Part shown: positions 9,130-18,602 of the stretch, one piece after another
Layout of the letters: every line of letters begins with the position of its first letter
How positions within the stretch are numbered: position 1 is the stretch's first letter
The notes under the pieces: model-generated
Seen by the model: only the letters and a program-made list of their open reading frames with translations
Database searches by the model: none
Told to the model about the DNA's origin: nothing
Source of the DNA: Myxococcales bacterium
GTDB taxonomy: Bacteria > Myxococcota_A > Polyangia > Polyangiales > DASUME01
Direction: 5' to 3'
Assembly: GCA_047601445.1 (NCBI GenBank)
Contig: JASGJH010000001.1
Coordinates: 3,232,001-3,296,000 of the forward strand
DNA: 64,000 nucleotides
Made by a program: the position numbers and the translations under genes

Positions 9130-10719
9130 CTACTCCGCAGGCTCAGGGAGCGGTCCGTGCCCGTGCTCGAGCTCCGCGGGCTTGGGCTCCACCACCGCGA
9201 ACTTGGCACAGCACAGCAGCACAGCCGCGACACAGAGGTAGCTCACCGCCACCACCGGAGTCTGCGCGACCCCGATCGCCTCGCCGTGCATGAAGCCGAA
9301 GAACGTGAGCGCCGCTCCAGCCAGCGCGAAGGCAGCTGCGCGCATGAACTGGCGATCGATCACGAACACGCCGATGGCCCCGAGCACCAAGCCACCGAGG
9401 ATGGCGCCACCGCCCATGATGGAGAGCCCTTCGTAGAGCACCCCGACCTGCCCGAGCTTGTCGAGGCCGAGCGCGTGAGCACTGGTCCCGGCCGCGCCCA
9501 GGGAGTTGTCGATCTGGAGCTTGCCCCAAGCAGCCAGATGCGGCGTCAGAGCGAGCACGATGGCGGGCGCGTGGCTCTTGGGCGTCTCCTGGAAAGCCTG
9601 GGCCCCGATCAACATGCCGATGTAGAGCAGGATGGGCGAGATCGCGACCACGGGGACGAGCGAGACCATCAGCGAGATGATCCCGAACCACGAGAGCACG
9701 ATGACCATCAAGCCGGTGGCTGCCGAGTAGCCGATGCGGCCGCCCATGGCCTTCCAACCGGGATGACCGATGTACACGGCGTTGATGAAGGGATTGCCCA
9801 TCAGGCAGCCGATCAAGCTCACGACGCCGTCAGCCGTGAGCACCCGCGTGGTGGCGAAGCTATCGCCGGCGACCGCGGCGCTCTCCACGTTGTCCATGGC
9901 TTCCACCAAGTCGTAGATGCCGAAGGGGATGGCCGTGACGAGGATCACGCCCAGGAACTCGAAGCCATCGAACAGGTACCCCACCGCGGGGACCGGCACC
10001 GAGAAGCCGAAGTTGGCGACCGAGTTGGCCAAGTTCTGCAGCGTCATGCCGCCGTAGTTGAGCCCGAGGAAGGTGGAGCCCCAGGCGATCAAGGTGCCCA
10101 CCGCGATGGCCACCAGGCCCGCAGGGACGCCCTTGAAGTAGCGCACGCCCCCGAACCAGCTGGCCATGATGATGATGAAGCAGGTGATGCCGATGACCGG
10201 CGTCATGAACATCTCCATCGCCGGGCGCATGGAGATGAAGGCCACCGACACGCCGGCCAAGGTGCCGAGCAGCGCAGCGCGAGGTGTGATCTTGCGGATG
10301 ATCGGGGCGATGAAGCCGCCGACCATGAGCACGAAGCTCTGGATGAACACCCAGGTGAGGCCCGCCGACCACCCCTTGAGCGGATCGCCGGTCTTGGCCG
10401 CGATGGGCAGCATGATCACGAACACGACCACGAACATGTGCGGCACGCTGATGCCGGAGGGCAGCGCGCAGACGTCCTTGCGCCCGGTGCTCTGGGCCAG
10501 CTTGTAGGCGAGCCACGCGTAGTAGAGCGTGCTCAAGAACATCATCAGGCCGGCCGCCGGCAGGATGCGGCCGAACACGACCTCGTCCGGCATCTTCAGC
10601 ACGAACCGCAAGAGTCCCGTCAACACCAGCAGGTTGACCAGGATGTTGGTGCCAAACCCGAAGAACGCGTTCCAGTCTCCGGGGGTCCATAAAGCCGGCT
10701 TCTGTGTGGTCTCGGTCAT
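9130..10719 (-). CDS. NCS2/AzgA-like (xanthine/uracil permease superfamily) transporter
   Basis: GDWNAFFG, ALPSGISVPHMF, NVESAAVAGD and VYIGHPGWKAMGGRIGYS; many TMs; SD GGAGGAGG. Confidence 0.85.
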   Translation of the reverse strand: MTETTQKPALWTPGDWNAFFGFGTNILVNLLVLTGLLRFVLKMPDEVVFGRILPAAGLMMFLSTLYYAWLAYKLAQSTGRKDVCALPSGISVPHMFVVVFVIMLPIAAKTGDPLKGWSAGLTWVFIQSFVLMVGGFIAPIIRKITPRAALLGTLAGVSVAFISMRPAMEMFMTPVIGITCFIIIMASWFGGVRYFKGVPAGLVAIAVGTLIAWGSTFLGLNYGGMTLQNLANSVANFGFSVPVPAVGYLFDGFEFLGVILVTAIPFGIYDLVEAMDNVESAAVAGDSFATTRVLTADGVVSLIGCLMGNPFINAVYIGHPGWKAMGGRIGYSAATGLMVIVLSWFGIISLMVSLVPVVAISPILLYIGMLIGAQAFQETPKSHAPAIVLALTPHLAAWGKLQIDNSLGAAGTSAHALGLDKLGQVGVLYEGLSIMGGGAILGGLVLGAIGVFVIDRQFMRAAAFALAGAALTFFGFMHGEAIGVAQTPVVAVSYLCVAAVLLCCAKFAVVEPKPAELEHGHGPLPEPAE

Positions 10720-10834
10720 CGCTTCGCTCCCTCCTCCGCCAAACGTGCTCGCGGGTGCTTCACCCACTTCAATCCGACGCTCGCGGGCGCCACGCCCGCT
10801 TCGACTTTCGCTCGAGCAAGAGACTGCTCGACCC

Positions 10835-11503
10835 TCACAGCAGCGCTGCTAGGATTCGCGCCGAGTCGGAGACCCAGCCGAAGATGCCTCCCTGGGCCTT
10901 GATCATGCGCAGCCCCATCTCGTGGAACTCGGGGAAATAGGAGCCGCAGCAGTCGCCGGGGACGATGCAGCGGTAGCCGCGATCGTTGGCCTCGCGCACG
11001 GTGGTGTGGACGCAAACCTCAGTGGTCACGCCGCACACGATCAGGCTCTCGATGCCCTTGTGCTGCAGCATTGCGCCCAAGTCCGTGGCGTAGAACGCGC
11101 CCTTCCCGGGCTTGTCCACGACGGGCTCGTCAGGCAGCGGATAGAGCTCGGGCACGATGTCGTGGCCAGGCTCGCCGCGGATCAAGATGCGTCCCATGGG
11201 GCCCTGTGCGCCGATGCGCATGCTGGGGGCGCCGCGCTCGACCTTGGCGCGCGGTGCGTCACTGAGGTCGGGCCGATGGCCCTCGCGGGTGTGGATGACC
11301 AGCATTCCGAGCTGGCGTGCGCCTGCCAGGAGACGCTTGAGCGGCTCGACCGGCTTCTGCAGCAGCGACACGTCGTTGCCCAGGGATTCACCGAAGCCGC
11401 CCGGCTCCAGGAAGTCCCGCTGCATATCGATGACGATCAGCGCCGTGCGTGTGGGGTCGATGCTGATGGGTTCGGGTTCGGCGTGGACGGTCGCTAGCGG
11501 CAT
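10835..11503 (-). CDS. trtA: Isochorismatase-family cysteine hydrolase, triuret hydrolase-like
   Basis: Catalytic D (IDMQ), K (DKPGK), C (TTEVC); TrtA-type GGFGESLGND, SYFPEFH and QGGIFGW rather than BiuH-type residues, as recalled. Confidence 0.75.
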   Translation of the reverse strand: MPLATVHAEPEPISIDPTRTALIVIDMQRDFLEPGGFGESLGNDVSLLQKPVEPLKRLLAGARQLGMLVIHTREGHRPDLSDAPRAKVERGAPSMRIGAQGPMGRILIRGEPGHDIVPELYPLPDEPVVDKPGKGAFYATDLGAMLQHKGIESLIVCGVTTEVCVHTTVREANDRGYRCIVPGDCCGSYFPEFHEMGLRMIKAQGGIFGWVSDSARILAALL

Positions 11504-11710
11504 GGTCCTCTCGCACCTTTCACCTTGCGATTACCGAGGAGCCGTTTCCGCGCCGTGTTGGGGCCGTGCAGATCCGGTAAATTGGAGCCTCGTTCGAGGC
11601 TATGGTTGGGTACGAGCTCGAGCCGCTGGCGGGCCGCGAGTAACGGCACTGTTTCGCGATTTGTTCTCGCCGATTGACGGTCCCCAGTTTGGGCACGAAA
11701 CTTGGCGCCC

Positions 11711-12328
11711 ATGGCCGCCCCAGAACCCCCGCCCACTCTCTCACGCCGTCGGCTGCTCAAGAGCGGGTTGTGGGGCGGGGCACTGATCGCGCTGTCGGGG
11801 GTCGGGCTATCCCTTCAGAAGACGCGACGGCCGGCCAAGACACCCGAGCATCTCTCGGTGCTCAGCCGCGACGAGTACGCCGTGCTGGTCGCCATCGCCG
11901 ATACCCTGTGTCCACGTCGCAGCGCGACCATCCCGTCGGCCTCGGAGCTCGGGATCCCGGAACAAGTCGACGCCATGTTCGCCACCGCGGACGCCGATCA
12001 GCGCGAAGGCTTCAAGCTGGCCTTGCGGGTGGTGGAGAGTCCGGTCGGTGGAGCCCTCTTCGGGGAGCGCGTGGTGCCCTTCAGCCAGCTAGATGAAGCG
12101 GGTCGCGGACGTGCGCTGCGCGCGTTGCGGGACTCACGCCTGGGCGTCCGGCGCACCATCTACACCGGCATCAGCTCGCTGATCATGGCGCACTACTGGG
12201 GCAACCCGCGCAGCTGGGCACGCATCGGCTACGCGGATCCGAACGTGCAGGGACTCCGCGACATGTACCGCGACAACTTGGTGGACCTCTCGAGTCTGCG
12301 CGGCCCCACACCGGGCAAAGGAAGCTGA
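11711..12328 (+). CDS. Tat-signal accessory subunit (gluconate-2-dehydrogenase gamma / LaoB-like)
   Basis: SRRRLLK Tat motif; C-terminal YWGNPRSWARIGY. Confidence 0.8.
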   Translation: MAAPEPPPTLSRRRLLKSGLWGGALIALSGVGLSLQKTRRPAKTPEHLSVLSRDEYAVLVAIADTLCPRRSATIPSASELGIPEQVDAMFATADADQREGFKLALRVVESPVGGALFGERVVPFSQLDEAGRGRALRALRDSRLGVRRTIYTGISSLIMAHYWGNPRSWARIGYADPNVQGLRDMYRDNLVDLSSLRGPTPGKGS

Positions 12329-12329
12329 G

Positions 12330-13874
12330 ATGGCTGTCTTCATCGGATCCGACCTGCACGCTGATCAGGAACTCGAGTGCGACGTGTGCGTGGTGGGCTC
12401 GGGCGCGGGCGGTGCCCACGTGGCGCAGCGCCTGGCCACCAAGGGCAAGCGCGTGGTGGTGCTCGAGGAGGGCGGCTTCCACACCAGCGACAAGTTCGAC
12501 ATGACCGAGCGCAACATGGTGCCTCGGCTGTACCAGGAGGCCGGCGGACGCGGCACGGCGGACCGCAGCATTCAGGTCGTGCAAGGGCGCGCCGTGGGCG
12601 GCACCACAGTGATCAACTGGACCACCTGCTTTCGCACGCCGAAGCGCGTGATGGAGGTCTGGCAGGAACACCACGGTGTGGAAGGCCTCACCTACGAGAG
12701 CCTGGTGCCGCACTGGGAGATCGTGGAGAAGCGGCTCAACGTCGTGAAGATGACGCTCGAGCAGGTGAACAAGAACAACATGGTCACGTGGAACGGCGCG
12801 CACAAGCTTGGCTGGCACGTCGACCTGCTCCAGCGCAACGTGAAGCACTGTGGCCACACTGGCTACTGCGGCATGGGCTGCCCCATCGACGCCAAGCAGA
12901 GCATGCTGGTGACGATGATCCCGGAGGCCGTGCGCGCCGGCGCCGACGTGTATGCCAACGCGTGGGTCGAGCGCATCGAGCGCGATGGGCGTAAGTGCAC
13001 CAAGGTGATCGCACGGCTGCGCGTGCCCGAGACCGATCAACCGAGCGGCGTCACACTGACGGTCAAAGCCAAGGTCGTGGTGCTCGCGGGCGGCGGCATC
13101 AACACCCCCGCTCTGCTGCTGCGCTCCAAGGTCGACGCCAACGGTCGCACGGGGATGCGCACCTTCCTGCATCCGGCGGTCGGTGCGGTGGGTGTGCACC
13201 AGGAACGCATCGATCCCTTCGTGGGCTCGCCGCAGTACGTGCACTCGGAGCAGTTCGTGGAGCGCGGAGCCGACAAGATCGGCATGCTGATCGAGGGCGC
13301 TCCGATCTTCCCGATGAGCTTCGGAAGCTTCGTGCCGAGCTTCGGTGACGAGAAGCAGGCGTTGATGGAGCTGATGCCGCACCTGTCGCTGACCGGCGTG
13401 ATGCTGCACGACGGCTTCGACCATCCGGACCGCAACGAGGGCGGCCACGTCACGCTGACCCCGACCGGCAAGCCACGCCTCGACTATCGCTGGACTTCTC
13501 GGCTGGAAGAGGGCTTCAAGGCGGCCTCCGACGCGGCCATGCGCATTCAGCTCGCGGGCGGCGCCAAGCAGGTCATCTCACCTCACCCGCGCTACGCCCG
13601 CAGCGAGGAGGAGATCACCCGGGTGCTGGCGGACGCTCCGTTCGGAGCTTGCACCTTGCCCGTGTTCTCGGCGCACGTGATGGGTGGCTGCGCCATGGGC
13701 ACCAACGAGCGCTGGAGCGTGGTGGACTCGCGCACCCTGCGTCATCACGGCTTCGACAACCTGTTCGTGATCGACGGCTCGGTCTACCCGACCTCGCTCA
13801 CCGTGAACCCGCAGCTCTCCATCTACGGACTCGCCTCCTGGGCGAGCCAGTTCGTCTTGCAGGCGGTCGCATGA
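12330..13874 (+). CDS. GMC family FAD oxidoreductase (LaoA long-chain alcohol oxidase-like)
   Basis: VVGSGAGG, GRAVGGTTVINW, CGHTGYCGMGC, SAHVMGGC and VNPQLSIY. Confidence 0.92.
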   Translation: MAVFIGSDLHADQELECDVCVVGSGAGGAHVAQRLATKGKRVVVLEEGGFHTSDKFDMTERNMVPRLYQEAGGRGTADRSIQVVQGRAVGGTTVINWTTCFRTPKRVMEVWQEHHGVEGLTYESLVPHWEIVEKRLNVVKMTLEQVNKNNMVTWNGAHKLGWHVDLLQRNVKHCGHTGYCGMGCPIDAKQSMLVTMIPEAVRAGADVYANAWVERIERDGRKCTKVIARLRVPETDQPSGVTLTVKAKVVVLAGGGINTPALLLRSKVDANGRTGMRTFLHPAVGAVGVHQERIDPFVGSPQYVHSEQFVERGADKIGMLIEGAPIFPMSFGSFVPSFGDEKQALMELMPHLSLTGVMLHDGFDHPDRNEGGHVTLTPTGKPRLDYRWTSRLEEGFKAASDAAMRIQLAGGAKQVISPHPRYARSEEEITRVLADAPFGACTLPVFSAHVMGGCAMGTNERWSVVDSRTLRHHGFDNLFVIDGSVYPTSLTVNPQLSIYGLASWASQFVLQAVA

Positions 13875-14257
13875 AACTCAGGGCGTATTCTTTGGCGTGC
13901 GTGCTGCTCGCCCTCGCGGGCTGCGGACGCGAACGCGGTGCCGATCAATGGCCGATGTCGCGCGCCGAGCTCGAAGGCAAGGCCCCGGGCTCCAGCGCCA
14001 ACGCCGCGGAGGCCACCTACCGCCAGTACTGCATCGGCTGCCACGGCGCCGACGGACGCGGCAATGGTGGAACCACGGGTGCGGACTTCACCGGGCCCAA
14101 CAGTCCCCTGCGCTCACGTTCGGACGCGGAGCTCGCGAGCTCCGTGCGAGACGGCAAGCGCGGCGCCGCAGCCACGATGCCCGCCCACTCCCCGGTCCTC
14201 AGCGACGCCCAGATTGCGGCGGTGATCGGCTACCTGCGAGGGCGGTTCAAGGATTGA
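13871..14257 (+). CDS. Monoheme c-type cytochrome lipoprotein
   Basis: LAGC lipobox; CIGCH heme motif; MPAH axial Met; ATGA overlap with the GMC gene. Confidence 0.9.
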   Translation: MKLRAYSLACVLLALAGCGRERGADQWPMSRAELEGKAPGSSANAAEATYRQYCIGCHGADGRGNGGTTGADFTGPNSPLRSRSDAELASSVRDGKRGAAATMPAHSPVLSDAQIAAVIGYLRGRFKD

Positions 14258-14290
14258 GGGCGACTCGTCCGGTTCGGCTGGTTGGGGGAT

Positions 14291-14468
14291 CGAGGACGAG
14301 GACGAACACGAGGACGCGTACGCACGGGACTACGCGGACGGTGATGAGGACCTAGACGTGCACGGGCGGGGCGGCGGACTCGCCACAAGCGCCCTCGTAG
14401 CCGTGTTCTTCCTCGTAGTCGTGTTCGTCGTCGTGCGCGTGCGCGTCCTCGCACACACGCCTTCACCC
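14291..14468. repeat. Degenerate 6-bp-period inverted repeat between convergent genes
   Basis: Left arm (GAGGAC/GAACAC)n, right arm (GTCCTC/GTGTTC)n. Confidence 0.7.
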
Positions 14469-14518
14469 GCAGAAGCCGTCCTTGGGGCGGCTCCCTCAAC
14501 TCCTGCCGGCCGCTGGAC

Positions 14519-14728
14519 TCAGCTGGCCTGGAGGATGGGCAGACGCGTCGCGCGGGACCCCTCGGCGCGCTCGTCGGCGCCCAGGATGTTGGCGATCTCG
14601 GGGCGGCAGCCGCCGCAGCCCGTGCCGGCTCCGCAGGCTCGGCCTACTTCGGAAACGCTGCACGCTCCGGCCTGGGCGCACTGGCGGATCTCTCGGTCGG
14701 ACACGTAATGGCAGTGGCAGACAATCAT
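14519..14728 (-). CDS. bfd: Bacterioferritin-associated [2Fe-2S] ferredoxin-like protein
   Basis: MIVCHCHYVSDREI...GAGTGCGGC signature. Confidence 0.88.
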   Translation of the reverse strand: MIVCHCHYVSDREIRQCAQAGACSVSEVGRACGAGTGCGGCRPEIANILGADERAEGSRATRLPILQAS

Positions 14729-14766
14729 TGGTACGGCTCTCTGATACCGAGTCTGGATCAGGGCTT

Positions 14767-14783
14767 TTGAAAATCAATATCAA
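14767..14783. promoter_or_regulatory. Fur box upstream of bfd
   Basis: TGATATT-G-ATTTTCA on the minus strand matches 7-1-7 TGATAAT-N-ATTATCA at 12/14 positions. Confidence 0.75.
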
Positions 14784-14956
14784 GGTTGCGAGACAGGCCG
14801 AGCCCCTCCCCGGAGCCCTCATGGTTCCGCGGGGTTAGCGAATCGGAAAAAAACGCGTGCCTCGCACGAAAAACGCGTTTTCAGGAGCGGAGCGGGGGCT
14901 GGACCACAAGCGCGGGGAGAAGGTGCGCTAGGCGGCCGCCACGGAACGACCGGAGC

Positions 14957-15460
14957 TCAGGGGCTCGCGTTGACTATCAATTTCACTTCGCCCGAGGGTG
15001 GGATCATCACGCTCTTGGGTTTGGGGGCGGGCTTGTCGGCCTGACTGACCTCGACGCTGTACATGCCCCCGGGCACACCCTTGATCTCGCAGTGGCCCTT
15101 GGAGGTGGTGCAGCGGAACTTGGCATCGCCCTTCTTGAGCTCGACCGTGCCCTCCGCGCTGGCGCCGTCGGCGGTCTTGAGATCGACGATCACGGTGGCT
15201 TCGGCGAGGGCGCTACTCGCCAGCCCACACCAGACGACCAAGCCCACCAGCGCGGCACGCAGGCGGCGGCCGTGGGACTCGGCTGTCGAAGCGGGCGGTT
15301 CCGCCCGCGAGCAAAACGAGGTTTTCGGGGCGAGTGACACGTCGGTACTCCGGAGCGCGCGGTGAGCGCGGGCAAGTGGTGAGCAAAACCTGGACGACTC
15401 GATGCCTGGATGATTCATGGTCCGCGGCGCGGGCACAAGCGTCTCGGTGATGCGCAGCAC
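14957..15460 (-). CDS. Hypothetical exported protein with small beta-sandwich (carboxypeptidase-regulatory-like) domain
   Basis: Signal peptide RRLRAALVGLVVWCGLASSALA; GVPGGMYSVEV; true start probably downstream of 15460. Confidence 0.6.
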   Translation of the reverse strand: MLRITETLVPAPRTMNHPGIESSRFCSPLARAHRALRSTDVSLAPKTSFCSRAEPPASTAESHGRRLRAALVGLVVWCGLASSALAEATVIVDLKTADGASAEGTVELKKGDAKFRCTTSKGHCEIKGVPGGMYSVEVSQADKPAPKPKSVMIPPSGEVKLIVNASP

Positions 15461-15484
15461 AGGAACCCGGGGGCCCGCGCCGAA

Positions 15485-16654
15485 CTAGTCAGCGCGACAC
15501 AAGAACACCTTGAGATAGTCCCCTTCCGGGAAGGCCAGGAGGCGCGGGTGATCGAAGGGTGCCGCTGACTGCTCGAGTACGCTGAGGATGCGCTTTGCGC
15601 GCCTGGCTCCTTCACGCAGGCTATCCAGGAAGTCGCTCGCCCTCACATGGCTCGAACACGAGGCCGCCAGGTAGAGGCCGCCCTCCCGCACCAGGCGCAG
15701 ACAGCCTGCGTGCAAGCTGGCGTAGGTTTCGAGCGCCGTTTCGAGCTTGCCCTGACTCGGAGCGAAGTTCGGGGGATCGGCGATCACCAGGTCGAAGGCC
15801 TCACCGCGCTCGACGGCGGCCGACACGAATGCCTCCACGTCTTCCGCCACCGGGGTGTGCGTGCTCGCGTCGAGGCCGTTGGCCGTGTAGGTGCGCGCCG
15901 CGAGCTCGATGGCCGGCTTGGCCAAGTCCACCGTGGTGACATGCGAGGCGCCGCCGAGGCCCGCCGCCACCGAGAAGCCGCCCGTGTAACCGTAGAGGTT
16001 CACCACCCGAAGGCCGCGAGAAAGACCCCGCACCCGCGCGCGGGACTCGCGGTGATCGAGAAAGAGCCCGGTCTTTTGGCCCTCCCACGGGTTCACGATC
16101 AAGCGCATGCCGCGTTCGAGCACCTCGAGTTCCCGCGGCAGCTCGTCGCCGAAGAACATCTGGGCCTCGAGCCCTTGCTTGCGCGAACTGCGCAGGAGCG
16201 CGCCGCGAATGCCGAGCGCGGCGAGCGGCTCGCGCAGGGCCTCGGCCAGCGCGTCTCGGTGGGCCCAGATGCCCTCCCCGTCCAGCTTGACCACCGCGTA
16301 CGAACCGTAGCGATCGCACACGACCCCGGGCAGGCGGTCGCCTTCACCGTGGATCAAGCGATAGGCCGTGGTGTCCGCGGGGAGCGCCTGCGCGCGCAGC
16401 GAGAGGGCCTGCTCCACGCGTGCGCGAAACAGCTCACTCCCGACCCGCTCGGCGTTGCGGGTGGTGAAGATGCGGACGGCGATGGGGCCGCTGTCCACGA
16501 TTCCGCGTCCGAGCAGGCGCCCACGTTTGTCGAAGATGTCCACGAGCTCCCCTGGCGGAGCCTCGAAGGGCGAGAGGGCGTCGCGATAGAGCCACGGATG
16601 GCCTGCGAGGATGGTTCGCTCGAGTGGACGAATGAGTCGGACGGCGCGCGGCAC
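15485..16654 (-). CDS. rlmI: RlmI/RlmK-like class I SAM-dependent rRNA methyltransferase
   Basis: GHPWLY PUA domain, HGEGDRLPG, GQKTGLFLDHR, YTGGFS, DPPNFA, YLK. Confidence 0.85.
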   Translation of the reverse strand: MPRAVRLIRPLERTILAGHPWLYRDALSPFEAPPGELVDIFDKRGRLLGRGIVDSGPIAVRIFTTRNAERVGSELFRARVEQALSLRAQALPADTTAYRLIHGEGDRLPGVVCDRYGSYAVVKLDGEGIWAHRDALAEALREPLAALGIRGALLRSSRKQGLEAQMFFGDELPRELEVLERGMRLIVNPWEGQKTGLFLDHRESRARVRGLSRGLRVVNLYGYTGGFSVAAGLGGASHVTTVDLAKPAIELAARTYTANGLDASTHTPVAEDVEAFVSAAVERGEAFDLVIADPPNFAPSQGKLETALETYASLHAGCLRLVREGGLYLAASCSSHVRASDFLDSLREGARRAKRILSVLEQSAAPFDHPRLLAFPEGDYLKVFLCRAD

Positions 16655-16711
16655 GGGACGCTACCGTAGCGGAAAACCGCAGCTGGGCTCGCAAGGGGCT
16701 CGAATCAACCC

Positions 16712-16793
16712 GTGAGCGCAGCGAACCTCGCAGTGGGGTGGGACCCGGCGCAGTGAGCGAAAGCGAACCTCGCGGTGGGGAGGGCCCCCCGCG
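16712..16793 (+). repeat. Two tandem 41-bp head units of a dispersed palindromic (REP-like) element
   Basis: GTGAGCGCAGCGAACCTCGCAGTGGGG... and GTGAGCGAAAGCGAACCTCGCGGTGGGG...; matches 28959 and 52113(rc). Confidence 0.9.
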
Positions 16794-16802
16794 AAACAAG
16801 AA

Positions 16803-17441
16803 CTAGCTCGCGAGGGCGGGCATCTGTACCTGCTCGAGTACCTGGGCGCCGCGTTCGGTGCACAGGCCGCGCACCACCGTGCGGATCACGGAGTCGCAGA
16901 GCTCTGCCGCGGTGGCGTCGTGGGTGGGCGCGCCGAGCAGCAGCACCGCCGTGGTGCCGTGTACGGTGGTCCACAAAGTCTGCTGGGCGAGCTGTGGGTC
17001 CTGGGCGCGCAACAACCCCTGTTCGATGCCGTCTACCAGCGGTGAGAGGGTGGCCTCGAAGAGGCGATTGACCATCGCCGTCTCGGCAGGGCTGCGCAGC
17101 GTGCCCGCGTCGGTGCGCGGGAGGAACATGGTGCGGAAGATCTTGGCGTTGCCGCGAGCGTGGTGGACGTAGGCCCAGCACACCGAGCACACACGGGTAA
17201 TGGGATCGCCATCGCGATGCTGGGCGAAGATTTGCGAGAGAGCCTCGAACTCGTTCTCGAGTACGGCCTGTAGGAGATCACCCTTGTTGTCGACATAGGC
17301 GTAGAGTGCCGCCGCGGTGACGTCCAAACGTGAGGCTAGCCTGCGCAGCGATAGGCCGCTCGGGCCTTCACTCGACAGCAGTGCGCGCGCTGCATGTACG
17401 ACCGCGGCACGGGAAAGACTCTCTCGCATGGCGAAGGGCAT
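16803..17441 (-). CDS. TetR/AcrR family regulator
   Basis: HTH GLSLRRLASRLDVTAAALYAYVDNKGDL; WTTVHG (WHG-type) C-terminus. Confidence 0.9.
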   Translation of the reverse strand: MPFAMRESLSRAAVVHAARALLSSEGPSGLSLRRLASRLDVTAAALYAYVDNKGDLLQAVLENEFEALSQIFAQHRDGDPITRVCSVCWAYVHHARGNAKIFRTMFLPRTDAGTLRSPAETAMVNRLFEATLSPLVDGIEQGLLRAQDPQLAQQTLWTTVHGTTAVLLLGAPTHDATAAELCDSVIRTVVRGLCTERGAQVLEQVQMPALAS

Positions 17442-17558
17442 CCTTCCGTGATCGCGCTTGCAAGAGCAAGCAAAAGCTTGTGCGCACATGCATTGTGGAC
17501 AGCACGGGTCTCATTCGTACATCCACGCGGTGAAAAAGCTCGGTTATCGTGAATTGGT

Positions 17559-18212
17559 TTGGACCACCGAGAACGCACCGAAGCTCCCCACGAGCCCCAC
17601 CTGAGTCCCGCGTCGAGCGCCGCGGAACGACCCTCATCGGGCGGGTACGCCTACCACGATCAGTCACGCGTCGACACGCTGCACGGCCCGGGCGCGCGTC
17701 GCGCACGTCGCCCACGAGCTCAGCAGAGCGGCGATGATGTTGCCCACGACACCGACGATGAGGCGCTGCACAGCGGCGTCCGCAGCACGCAGGACCATGA
17801 TCAGCCCGCGCCCGAGCAGGCCGCGGCAGTCGAGAAACCAGGATTTCCCTCGAGCGAGATCGAGCGCTTGGTCGCGCTTGGAGCGTGGGACCGACTCATC
17901 GAACAAATACCGCCCGACGGCACGCGTGCGCCCCTGCTCGTGCTGCTGCGAAGTATCGCGGCGCGAGAGGGCACGGCACGTGGTGCACGCGCGGACGCGA
18001 AGCTCACCTCCGACGCCATCGCGGCGCTAGCGGAGGTCCTCGGCGTCCCAGCCTCGAGTCCCATCGCGTTGATGCTCGGCAAGCGCCTGCTGCGACGCAA
18101 CCCTTGGAGCGGCACGACACAGCCGAGTCAAAAGCTCTCGTTCACGCTGATGGTGTTCGGTGTGGCAGCGGGGGCCGGCATCGGATGGTTGGTGACCCGC
18201 CTCATGCTCTGA
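17559..18212 (+). CDS. Hypothetical protein with C-terminal TM anchor
   Basis: Long ORF with a terminal hydrophobic helix; start uncertain. Confidence 0.55.
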   Translation: MDHRERTEAPHEPHLSPASSAAERPSSGGYAYHDQSRVDTLHGPGARRARRPRAQQSGDDVAHDTDDEALHSGVRSTQDHDQPAPEQAAAVEKPGFPSSEIERLVALGAWDRLIEQIPPDGTRAPLLVLLRSIAAREGTARGARADAKLTSDAIAALAEVLGVPASSPIALMLGKRLLRRNPWSGTTQPSQKLSFTLMVFGVAAGAGIGWLVTRLML

Positions 18213-18602
18213 CGCCTCCGGGTCAGCGAGTGCGGGAGTCCCCACGTCGTCGCGCTCCCGTTCCAACACCGTGATCGAATGCACATCGATTCGGGCTCCC
18301 GAAGCGCGCAGCTCCGGCTAGGCCTACATGGGTCGTGGGCCGACGAACATCGGTCGCTCCGACGTGCGCACCACGTGCAAGGTCCGGTCGGCGTTACCAT
18401 TTCAGTCAAGGGACAGGGACCGAGCTGGCCACGCGGACCCGCTCGCGCGCACACCACGAGTGGGGCTTTTTTGCACTTGGGGCCCGGGCCGCGAGCGAGT
18501 GGCGCCCAAACGGGGGCAGCGTGAAAATCGGCATTCCCAGCGCTCACTCCGCCACGTAAATTGCTCCGTGATGATGGGGACCCGCGGACGGCACACGTGC
18601 GC

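Noticed and set aside
16712..16793. Tandem 41-bp units as a CRISPR array
   Set aside because: Only two units, no unique spacers, no cas genes; the same sequence is dispersed intergenically.
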